Shown: positions 26,513-33,934 of the stretch, in pieces
Layout of the letters: each line of letters begins with the position of its first letter
Position numbering within the stretch: position 1 is the first letter of the stretch
Origin: a virus
Taxonomy: Duplodnaviria; Caudoviricetes
Virus record (IMG/VR): IMGVR_UViG_3300024986_000179
Location: 1-43,845 of that record
DNA length: 43,845 bases
Strand: one strand, 5' to 3'
Made by a program: the position numbers and the translations under genes
The notes under the pieces: model-generated
What the model saw: the letters and a program-made list of their open reading frames with translations, nothing else
What the model was told of the DNA's origin: nothing
Database searches by the model: none

Positions 26513-26544
26513 AAAACCCCTAATCTCGACCATTAGGGGTTTTT
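26513..26544 (-). terminator. Hairpin inside the minus-strand cassette (attenuator or processing/stabilising stem)
   Basis: AAAACCCCTAAT-CTCGACC-ATTAGGGGTTTT, 12-bp perfect stem. Confidence 0.6.
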
Positions 26545-26553
26545 GTTTAATTA

Positions 26554-27057
26554 TTACAAAGTGAAGTTTAAAACTCTTTCTTGTGCAATATGTAAAAGCT
26601 TGTCAAGTTCTTCTTGCATACAGTTTTGAACCTTTTCGATAACTTTTGAATTTCTGACTTCAAATTGGAAACCTGCTGAATTAATAAGCATAATTTTAGC
26701 GTTTGTTTGGTCGTTACCTGCTTCAAAAAGCCTTAAATCGTTTGATTTTTCCTTTAGCAATTGATAGCGTTCTGATAGAGCCTCAAATTGCTTAACTTTA
26801 ATAATTTTCTCCTCTGCGGTCGGCATAGGCACAACAAATTGTGAGACTGTGTTTAAAACTGTCTCTTTTGTAACTGGTTGCTCTTGTTGTAGCGGAATTA
26901 TTTTGTTTTCCGTCTCTGTGGAAGTTTCTACAACTACTTTGTTAATGATTTCGTTTTTTGCAGTGTCTGTTACTTTTTCGGCTATTACTGCTCTAACGTT
27001 TTGTGGTAAAGAATTTTTTTCGATTCCTACTTTTTTGGTAATTACTTTTGCTTTCAT
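26554..27057 (-). CDS. Hypothetical protein (167 aa), first gene of cassette
   Basis: Low-complexity T/E/K N-terminus and helical C-terminus. Confidence 0.7.
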   Translation of the reverse strand: MKAKVITKKVGIEKNSLPQNVRAVIAEKVTDTAKNEIINKVVVETSTETENKIIPLQQEQPVTKETVLNTVSQFVVPMPTAEEKIIKVKQFEALSERYQLLKEKSNDLRLFEAGNDQTNAKIMLINSAGFQFEVRNSKVIEKVQNCMQEELDKLLHIAQERVLNFTL

Positions 27058-27086
27058 AAACTTGTATTTAAGTGATTTTCAATACT

Positions 27087-27122
27087 TAAAGATACAAAAA
27101 AAGTAGTCAAACGACAACTTTT
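27087..27122 (-). promoter_or_regulatory. Host sigma-A-type promoter of the cassette, overlapped by an inverted repeat
   Basis: Minus strand TTG (27117-27115)-N20-TATCTTTA (27094-27087); IR AAAAGTAGTC-AAAC-GACAACTTTT (27099-27122). Confidence 0.6.
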
Positions 27123-27419
27123 ATAGTAAAAAAAAGAGCTTTTCAATCAAAAAAAATGAAAAAAGAATGATTCTAAACAGGATAATATTTTAAAATAAAA
27201 AGTCATTATTGATGGTTTAAAAAAAAAAAATAAAAATATAAAACGCTGAAAAACAAAGAATAAACCCTTTTTAAATGGGTTTATTCGATGTTTGTTTCAT
27301 GCTTTTCACCGTCCCGCTCAAAAACTAAAATGTGATTACCTTTATGTCTATCGCTGAGAGATATGACGGCGCACCACCACCACCCGTCCGCAGGACACCT
27401 TATTTCATTGACTTCCCAG

Positions 27420-27456
27420 ATGTCACACCATAGTAATGTTGTTAATAGTATCATTG
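27420..27456 (+). promoter_or_regulatory. Late promoter 3 (portal/neck operon)
   Basis: ATGTCACA-N21-TATCATTG. Confidence 0.65.
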
Positions 27457-27481
27457 TACATCAATTAAAACGGTAATTACA

Positions 27482-27760
27482 TTGGCTAACGAAATTAAAC
27501 TGTTTGACGCCATCAAGCGCATGAGGGCTTTAACCAAAGTAGGTGTTCCTTTTTCCTTCAGCTTTATGACCTACAATTCCACCAAAGGAATGAGTGACGG
27601 TATAAGGCATGTACATAATGCCCAGCTTCGCATGGGCTACAGGAATGACCAGAGTGACAAGTCTAACATTCTTATAGGGTATGTTAATGAGCATGATAAA
27701 GACAGATGGTTTTATATGCCATTATTGTTAAAGTTCAATGGGTGTAACGTAAAACCTTAA
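27482..27760 (+). CDS. Conserved hypothetical protein upstream of portal
   Basis: 92-aa ORF with TTG start, 2 nt before portal ATG. Confidence 0.65.
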   Translation: MANEIKLFDAIKRMRALTKVGVPFSFSFMTYNSTKGMSDGIRHVHNAQLRMGYRNDQSDKSNILIGYVNEHDKDRWFYMPLLLKFNGCNVKP

Positions 27761-27762
27761 AG

Positions 27763-29130
27763 ATGGGTATAGAATATGTTGGCAGAGATGCCATTGTTGA
27801 GACAGAACAAGTAGCTTTTACTTACCAGGTAAGTGAAGTACCTCGAGACTTCTATAAATTCAAAGGAGAATCAAATAACCTTGATTGGAACAATCAATAT
27901 AACTTCATAGGGGATTACTATGTTTACCCTTATGGCAGCAATAACGATCTTCCGGATATTATCAAAGAGGTTATTCAGAATAACTACATTGCTCCTGGTA
28001 TAATTAAAAAGAAAACTCAATTGCTTTGGGGTTCTGGGCCTATGTTGTATACAGAAGAAATAAGTGAAAAAGGCAAGCCAATAAGGAGATGGGTTAGAAA
28101 TGAAACAATACAGCAGTGGTTAGAGAGTTGGGATTACGAAAAATACCTTTTATCGTGTGCCACCGATTATAATTACATGGAAGGTGTTTTCACTAAATTT
28201 ATTCTTTCAAAAGGCAATAGGATTGGCAAAAACTTTATATCCAAATTAGAACACTGCATGATTGACAGGAATCGCCTTGCCAAACATAAAGCATCAACTT
28301 CTATAAATCCTACTCATGCAATACAGACTGATTGGTCTTTTAAGAAAGTAAATTCATTATTGGATTATAAGGTATATCCGTTATTTGATTATAACAATCC
28401 ATTTGGCTACAGAAATTCGATTTTCTATTCAAATATGTATAGTTTCTGTACGGATTTCTATACTGTACCAGATATTTATGGCTCACTAGAGTGGCTTAAT
28501 AGATCGACAGCTGTACCATTAATTTTTAAGGCTCTATCAAAAAATTCAATAAACTTAAAATATCACATCATTTCTCCTCAAGCATTTTGGGAAAGAAAAG
28601 AAAACGAGATGAAGGCAAATTGCACTCTTCAGGGTAAGACTTATACAAGTAGTATGCTTGTTGAATATCAGAATAAATTCCTGGCAAAGATTGCAGAAGT
28701 CCTATCTGGAGACGAGAATACTGGAAAGTATTTGCATACAACCAAAACTTTCACAGTTGATGGAACAAATCTCATAGAGCATGGTTGGGAAATAAAGGTT
28801 ATTGATCAGAATATAAAAGATTTTGTAGAGGCACAAATTAAGATTTCACAAAGAGCCGACCATGCTCTGTCTTCCGGTATTGGCTTGCATAGCGCCCTTG
28901 GGAATGTTTCTGAAACGGGTAAAAGCGACAGCGGTTCCGAACAGCTTTATGCGCTTAAAAATTTCTTGCTGACTGGCGTAGACATTCCGGAAATGATAAT
29001 TATGAAACCTATTAATTATGCAATAAAGGCAAACTTTCCTGAACTGAAGTTAAAACTTGGCTTTTATCATGAAATGCCAGAAAAAGAAGAGGACATAACT
29101 TCAAGTAAAAGAATAAAAAACGCCGCATAG
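27763..29130 (+). CDS. Portal protein
   Basis: Size (455 aa), position, YGSNNDLP, WGSGP and YTVP..YG motifs resembling portal proteins. Confidence 0.7.
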   Translation: MGIEYVGRDAIVETEQVAFTYQVSEVPRDFYKFKGESNNLDWNNQYNFIGDYYVYPYGSNNDLPDIIKEVIQNNYIAPGIIKKKTQLLWGSGPMLYTEEISEKGKPIRRWVRNETIQQWLESWDYEKYLLSCATDYNYMEGVFTKFILSKGNRIGKNFISKLEHCMIDRNRLAKHKASTSINPTHAIQTDWSFKKVNSLLDYKVYPLFDYNNPFGYRNSIFYSNMYSFCTDFYTVPDIYGSLEWLNRSTAVPLIFKALSKNSINLKYHIISPQAFWERKENEMKANCTLQGKTYTSSMLVEYQNKFLAKIAEVLSGDENTGKYLHTTKTFTVDGTNLIEHGWEIKVIDQNIKDFVEAQIKISQRADHALSSGIGLHSALGNVSETGKSDSGSEQLYALKNFLLTGVDIPEMIIMKPINYAIKANFPELKLKLGFYHEMPEKEEDITSSKRIKNAA

Positions 29131-29149
29131 AAACTTTAAAAAACATCAG

Positions 29150-30124
29150 ATGAAACTATTATTTAAAACAGATATCGAGGACAGTGAAGAGCTCAAGGAA
29201 TTATTGGGTTTTGTGGATGTTGATTTAAAGATTAAAAATCTTATTCCTGATTTGAGAACTGCTACGAATGATGTAATTGATCTTATTGGCAGAGAAATAT
29301 ACCAAAAGGCAGTTGATTTGTATAATGAAGGTGAAATAGCTGAAGAAAATAAAGAATTTATTTATTCTGTAAGGTATCCGATAGCTATAAATGCGTACAG
29401 ACTTCTTGCACCATCGAATGATATTGCGCATACAAATGATGGCAGAAAAATGCGTACTGACAGTAATGTGAAATTGCCATTTGAATGGATGATAGACAGG
29501 GATAACCAGGCTATGGAAAAGAGATATTATAGAGGCTTAGATGATCTAATTAAGTTCCTTGATAGTCAACCGCAGGGAGAACTACTCGACTTGTGGAGAT
29601 CGAGTGCTGCTTTTAAAGCCAGTCACGATTTGTTTGTTAGGACAGTTGATGAATTTGACAAAGTGTTTATGATAAGATCAAGGCTTTTATTAATTAAACT
29701 TTCTCCCGGATTAGAAGACTGTGAACAGTATGATATAAGGCCGATAATTGGGGCAGCAAAATTTATCAGCCTAAAAGAAAAAATTAAATCTTCAGAGAAC
29801 ATCGCAGATGAAAAAGATTTGCAGCTTTTGAAATTAATCAGAAAGGCAACTGTGTTTTCTGCTTTAGCCTGGGCAATGACAAGATTTTCAATACAGCTTC
29901 TTCCTGAAGGGATTCTTCAACATTATACAAGCGATAGGCAAACAACACAATCAAAAAAACCATCCTTAAAGTCTGAGCCGATAGCGGCACAACAAGCATT
30001 TGAAGCTGATAAAGCAAAGGTTTTAAGAGAAATTCAAGATTTGATGCTCCCGGAACCAATCATCCAACCTGATAGTGATATCATGCCTGGGCTTAATTAC
30101 GGAGATAAATATTTTTCAACATAA
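29150..30124 (+). CDS. Putative head-tail adaptor (DUF6712-like), two repeated helical domains
   Basis: Follows portal; repeats VIDLIGREIY / IRPIIGAAKF. Confidence 0.55.
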   Translation: MKLLFKTDIEDSEELKELLGFVDVDLKIKNLIPDLRTATNDVIDLIGREIYQKAVDLYNEGEIAEENKEFIYSVRYPIAINAYRLLAPSNDIAHTNDGRKMRTDSNVKLPFEWMIDRDNQAMEKRYYRGLDDLIKFLDSQPQGELLDLWRSSAAFKASHDLFVRTVDEFDKVFMIRSRLLLIKLSPGLEDCEQYDIRPIIGAAKFISLKEKIKSSENIADEKDLQLLKLIRKATVFSALAWAMTRFSIQLLPEGILQHYTSDRQTTQSKKPSLKSEPIAAQQAFEADKAKVLREIQDLMLPEPIIQPDSDIMPGLNYGDKYFST

Positions 30125-30136
30125 ACATAATCGATA

Positions 30137-30445
30137 ATGAAAAGAATCATTTTAAAAACCGCTAAATTTTTCTACTATCTAAGGAACTATTTCAAGATCA
30201 AGAAATATTCTGAGATAAACCAAAAACTAGATTCAGCCTTACGTGAACGTGAGGTTAATAAAGTTATTTTAAAAGGGAACATCATTAAAATGGTAAAATC
30301 CTACCTTAGAACCGATGCTGATTCAAAGTATATCCCAAAAGAAAGAAGAAATAATACTGAAATTAAGCAAAGGGTTTTGGCTGAATTTGGCGTAAGTATG
30401 GAGGAGCTTGGCGTTAAAATAAACGATGAATTAGAGCTGATCTGA
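30137..30445 (+). CDS. Hypothetical basic protein
   Basis: 102-aa ORF in neck/tail operon. Confidence 0.6.
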   Translation: MKRIILKTAKFFYYLRNYFKIKKYSEINQKLDSALREREVNKVILKGNIIKMVKSYLRTDADSKYIPKERRNNTEIKQRVLAEFGVSMEELGVKINDELELI

Positions 30446-31341
30446 TGAAAACCATTTCTATTCCTGAAAAATCTCTGAAGTTACATTTTCCAGAAAAACT
30501 ATCGGAATGCGATTCGAGACAATATATTGAGATGAGTGAACTCATATTTCGATATCAGAGTAACGAAATAGGGTTTGATGAATTTTGTGTTCATTCCGTC
30601 TACAAGCTTTTAAAAATGAAGCCAAAATCATCTCCATTTGGCATTGATGATGATTTGAAGTTTTCGAACATCGCTTTTTTGTCTGAGTACATAAATAATT
30701 TTTTTGATGTAACAGATGGTCAGCAGGTTATCAAGCAGGATTATATCAATAACCCTGTACCTGAGATAAAAATATTGACAAAAAAATATTTTGGTCCGGA
30801 AGATGGATTTCGGGATTTGACTTTTGGTGAATATATAGATGCATTACGTATTTTCCATGATTTTCATGCAACAGGAGATATTTTCCTTCTCTATCTTCTG
30901 TCTGGAATATTATATAGGGAAAAAACGAACATTATATGCAAAATTTTTTCATCTGGAGCTAAGCGAAGAAAACCGTATTTGTCGGAGAATTTAGAAAGAA
31001 GAGCTGAAGCTTTCAAATATGCACCATTCGGATTTGTCTATGGTGCTTTTTTATATTTTGCAAGTTTTCAAAAATACCTTATAGGTTCTTCAGTTTTATG
31101 GAGTGGACAGGAACTTGATCTGTCAATACTTTTTGAAGCTGAGAAAAAAGATGATATTGGAACTGGCAACTTTCCGGGAATCGGAATGGATTCAGTAGCT
31201 TTCACGCTTGCAGAAAGCGGGACTTTTGGCACATTGGACCAGGTAAGGTCATCAAATTTTTGGGTAGTAATTGTGCGGATGTATGAATTACGAAAAAACG
31301 ATATCGAACGTAAACAGAAAGAAAATGCTAGAAATAAATAA
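30445..31341 (+). CDS. Hypothetical morphogenesis protein (possible tail assembly chaperone)
   Basis: TGATG overlap; GP.DGF.DLTFGEY and LAESGTFG motifs. Confidence 0.55.
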   Translation: MKTISIPEKSLKLHFPEKLSECDSRQYIEMSELIFRYQSNEIGFDEFCVHSVYKLLKMKPKSSPFGIDDDLKFSNIAFLSEYINNFFDVTDGQQVIKQDYINNPVPEIKILTKKYFGPEDGFRDLTFGEYIDALRIFHDFHATGDIFLLYLLSGILYREKTNIICKIFSSGAKRRKPYLSENLERRAEAFKYAPFGFVYGAFLYFASFQKYLIGSSVLWSGQELDLSILFEAEKKDDIGTGNFPGIGMDSVAFTLAESGTFGTLDQVRSSNFWVVIVRMYELRKNDIERKQKENARNK

Positions 31342-31804
31342 ACTACGTGATTATGTATCTCAGATAATGACATCGCTTAAAGATGAAAATAATGATCAAC
31401 TATTTAATTACACGACAGTTGTTTTAGATAATGAGGAGCTTAATACTGTTCTCAAAGAAAGAAAAAGCAAAGAAAATTCTTTTTTAATCGTGGTTATGCC
31501 GCAGTTTGATCTGAGTGGTTCTGAAGATAATGCAAAATGGGATAACAGTCTCATGTTTTTTATTTTGGACAAAACAGATTATTCCGATATAAAGAGAGAG
31601 CAATACATTGATATTTTTGTTAATACTCAGAAAAAAGCTAAGGCATTTGTAGATAAGTTGATAGAAGATAAATCAAACCATTCTGGAATGTTCTGTAACT
31701 TTTTAACCTGGTTAAAAGAAAACTCGATTTCTGTAAAGCCTGTTTGGAAATTAAGTTCATGTAATGGCTGGAGTATAGAGCTTAATTTGGATAGTAATCT
31801 TTAA
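31325..31804 (+). CDS. Putative tail terminator protein
   Basis: Size, position, C-terminal NGWSIEL strand; ATG 31325 preferred. Confidence 0.45.
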   Translation: MLEINKLRDYVSQIMTSLKDENNDQLFNYTTVVLDNEELNTVLKERKSKENSFLIVVMPQFDLSGSEDNAKWDNSLMFFILDKTDYSDIKREQYIDIFVNTQKKAKAFVDKLIEDKSNHSGMFCNFLTWLKENSISVKPVWKLSSCNGWSIELNLDSNL

Positions 31805-31833
31805 ATTTCTTAAATTGAGAAAAATTTTTAAAA

Positions 31834-32019
31834 ATGGATAAGCAAAAAATTGAAGATATGTTCAGCTCGGCCATCAATGAAAGGGGGATTTCTGAAAAGC
31901 TGGATGGAATTTCAAAATTCGTGATCTACAAATGGAGAAATAATAAAAGCCAGCCTTCATTTGGAGATAAGCTTAATGTTCTGTACCAATTAGGGAAAAT
32001 TGAAATTAGAATTAAGTGA
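31834..32019 (+). CDS. Small HTH-like DNA-binding protein
   Basis: ISEKLDGISKFVIYKWRNNKSQPS resembles an XRE HTH. Confidence 0.55.
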   Translation: MDKQKIEDMFSSAINERGISEKLDGISKFVIYKWRNNKSQPSFGDKLNVLYQLGKIEIRIK

Positions 32020-32020
32020 G

Positions 32021-32398
32021 ATGGATTTATTAGATCAGAGAGATAATAACGGGCACGATAGTATTCTTAAAAAAAGATTCATCCAAAGCGTCATGCAGGA
32101 AGCTAAGGTGGATATCGATAAGGCACAACGAAACTATCTTTCTTCGAGAGGGTTTGAGGCAAACGACTGGTATGATGGCAGGGGATTTACAGTCAGTACA
32201 GATGGTTTAGAATACACGCACCTTAAAAAACATAGGTTTGTTGATATGAAAACCAGAAGGACAAAAGAAGGCATCAAGAAAAAAAGATCACATCCTATCC
32301 ATAACCGCATAATTTGGGGGCATTACAACAATATAATCAAGGAATTGCATTTTGGTTTTACTGAAGAAATTAAAGAGAAGTTAAGAAACATTGACTAG
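32021..32398 (+). CDS. Putative tail completion protein
   Basis: Basic protein with RFVDMK and PIHNRIIWG; ATG 32021 preferred. Confidence 0.5.
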   Translation: MDLLDQRDNNGHDSILKKRFIQSVMQEAKVDIDKAQRNYLSSRGFEANDWYDGRGFTVSTDGLEYTHLKKHRFVDMKTRRTKEGIKKKRSHPIHNRIIWGHYNNIIKELHFGFTEEIKEKLRNID

Positions 32399-32661
32399 AA
32401 GAATTTCTTTCGGAAAACAGAATTAATATCAATGAGATACCTGATTTTGCCATCATATTTCTCCGGGAATGAAACTATTTCAAATTTTCTTGTATCTGCA
32501 TGATATTTAAAATTCAAATTACCTCTCAATCCATCGTAATGCGGAGTATTCAAGAGCATTTTTAGCGAATATTCAAAACTTCCTATCATATTATCGTGAT
32601 AGATTTGATTTTCCCAGATATCTCCTATAATTTTAATATTGATATTATATAATATATGCAT
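32395..32661 (-). CDS. Moron, hypothetical protein, probably leaderless
   Basis: Opposite strand; TAAATTTG -7 box (32673-32666) only 4 nt before ATG. Confidence 0.55.
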   Translation of the reverse strand: MHILYNINIKIIGDIWENQIYHDNMIGSFEYSLKMLLNTPHYDGLRGNLNFKYHADTRKFEIVSFPEKYDGKIRYLIDINSVFRKKFF

Positions 32662-32723
32662 TTTGCAAATTTAGCAAACCGATTTATTTTTTTAAATTTA
32701 CCTACTAACCTTAACTTTTTAGG

Positions 32724-33209
32724 ATGAAAAATTATTATTCTCTTGCTTTTTTATTCATTTTTTTTAACATGAATTCCCAAATCGACAGCTTAAAAATGAA
32801 CGTAGATGGGTTTCCCAAAATCGAAAATCAACTTTCAGGAGTTTCAAAAAGTGAAATACATGACAGGGTTAAATCATGGATAAACAGAACCTTCAGGGAG
32901 CCGGCAAATGTTCTAAAAGCAGAAGAAAAAGGATCATATATCAGAATTGCGGCCACTTCTTCTTTTACATTCAAGTATATGGGAAATACAACCTATGACT
33001 ACGATTACAATGTTGAAATTGATATAAATGATGAGAGCTGGAGTTACCGCATTTTTGATGTATCAATGTATCGACAAAGAATACCGGAATATTTTTATGA
33101 TAGTAAAGGACGGATGAGAACCGGTAAGATGTATTTAAAAATTCGGGAGTCTTTTCTAAACGATGTTAACCGGATATATTTTTCACTCAATGAATTCATC
33201 AATAAATAA
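32724..33209 (+). CDS. Moron, exported DUF4468-like protein
   Basis: Signal peptide; SKSEIHDRVKSWINRTF..ANVL pattern; own -7-like box TAAATTTA (32693-32700) and terminator. Confidence 0.6.
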   Translation: MKNYYSLAFLFIFFNMNSQIDSLKMNVDGFPKIENQLSGVSKSEIHDRVKSWINRTFREPANVLKAEEKGSYIRIAATSSFTFKYMGNTTYDYDYNVEIDINDESWSYRIFDVSMYRQRIPEYFYDSKGRMRTGKMYLKIRESFLNDVNRIYFSLNEFINK

Positions 33210-33215
33210 ATATAG

Positions 33216-33241
33216 AAGCCGCCGATTGGCGGTTTTTTTTT
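33216..33241 (+). terminator. Intrinsic terminator
   Basis: AAGCCGCC-GATT-GGCGGTTTTTTTTT. Confidence 0.8.
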
Positions 33242-33269
33242 GGTTGTATTAGAATGTATCTTATATTTG
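33239..33269 (+). promoter_or_regulatory. Consensus Bacteroidota promoter
   Basis: TTTG-N19-TATATTTG. Confidence 0.75.
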
Positions 33270-33271
33270 CC

Positions 33272-33439
33272 CTGCAAAACTATTCGAGATAAACTCGAAA
33301 AAAACTTTAACGATAGGAAGCGGTCCAAGGTATTACCTAAGAGGTCGCAGATTAAACCGAAAGGCTGTAAGTCTATTCTCTGAATAGTTTTGCAACCCTA
33401 AAGGCCGCTTCCGCTATTTATATTTTCTACTATGCAAAA
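33272..33439 (+). ncRNA. Structured cis-regulatory RNA leader (C4/CI-antisense-like architecture)
   Basis: 13-bp perfect pairing 33273-33285/33382-33394 crossed by 10-bp pairing 33316-33325/33403-33412. Confidence 0.55.
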
Positions 33440-33854
33440 GGAAAATTTAAAAAGCAGTAATGCTCCGGAATCGGGGCCTGTTTCCGTTCTTTATGTGGAT
33501 GGCAATAGGCTTGGTATTTCAGACAGATCGCTTCGTGATGCGATTGGTCTGATTTGGTCAGAAAGTAAAACCCCATTTACTTCTGTGCCATTAAAAATTT
33601 TTTTTTCAAAAAAGCTTCTCTTCGCCGACAAGAATGTTTTTTTAGCTTATCAAAAAAATGAACTGAATTATGATCAGTTGATTTTGGCTGTAGAATGTGA
33701 CAACCTTTATAGAAACAAGAAAGAAGTATTCGGTGAGGGTGTTTCGGTTGAAATAGGCAGCTTATGGAAGCTTAAAGGACAGACTCTTTATCTGGTTGAT
33801 GATGATCAGGAAGTAATGTCTGAATTAGACGAAAATGTTTTTGAATTAATTTAA
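33432..33854 (+). CDS. Hypothetical protein under structured leader
   Basis: 140-aa ORF with own promoter and terminator. Confidence 0.65.
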   Translation: MQKENLKSSNAPESGPVSVLYVDGNRLGISDRSLRDAIGLIWSESKTPFTSVPLKIFFSKKLLFADKNVFLAYQKNELNYDQLILAVECDNLYRNKKEVFGEGVSVEIGSLWKLKGQTLYLVDDDQEVMSELDENVFELI

Positions 33855-33880
33855 AAGAGGCTCCATTAGGAGCCTTTTTT
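33853..33880 (+). terminator. Intrinsic terminator
   Basis: AGGCTCC-ATTA-GGAGCCTTTTTT. Confidence 0.8.
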
Positions 33881-33881
33881 A

Positions 33882-33918
33882 ATGTCACAGATTATGATCA
33901 ATAAAGACACCAATTTTA
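33882..33918 (+). promoter_or_regulatory. Late promoter 4 (tape measure/tail tip operon)
   Basis: ATGTCACA-N21-CAATTTTA. Confidence 0.65.
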
Positions 33919-33934
33919 CTGAAAATCAGTAAGG

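Noticed and set aside
27372-27384. CAC/CCA trinucleotide run as a phase-variable microsatellite
   Set aside because: Only about four units in non-coding DNA; treated as part of the candidate packaging site
30137-31341. Programmed frameshift in tail assembly chaperones
   Set aside because: ORFs are joined by a normal TGATG stop/start overlap; no convincing slippery heptamer identified at the junction
33095-33328. Minus-strand 77-aa ORF across the RNA leader
   Set aside because: Crosses a terminator, a promoter and the end of a real gene; better explained as chance
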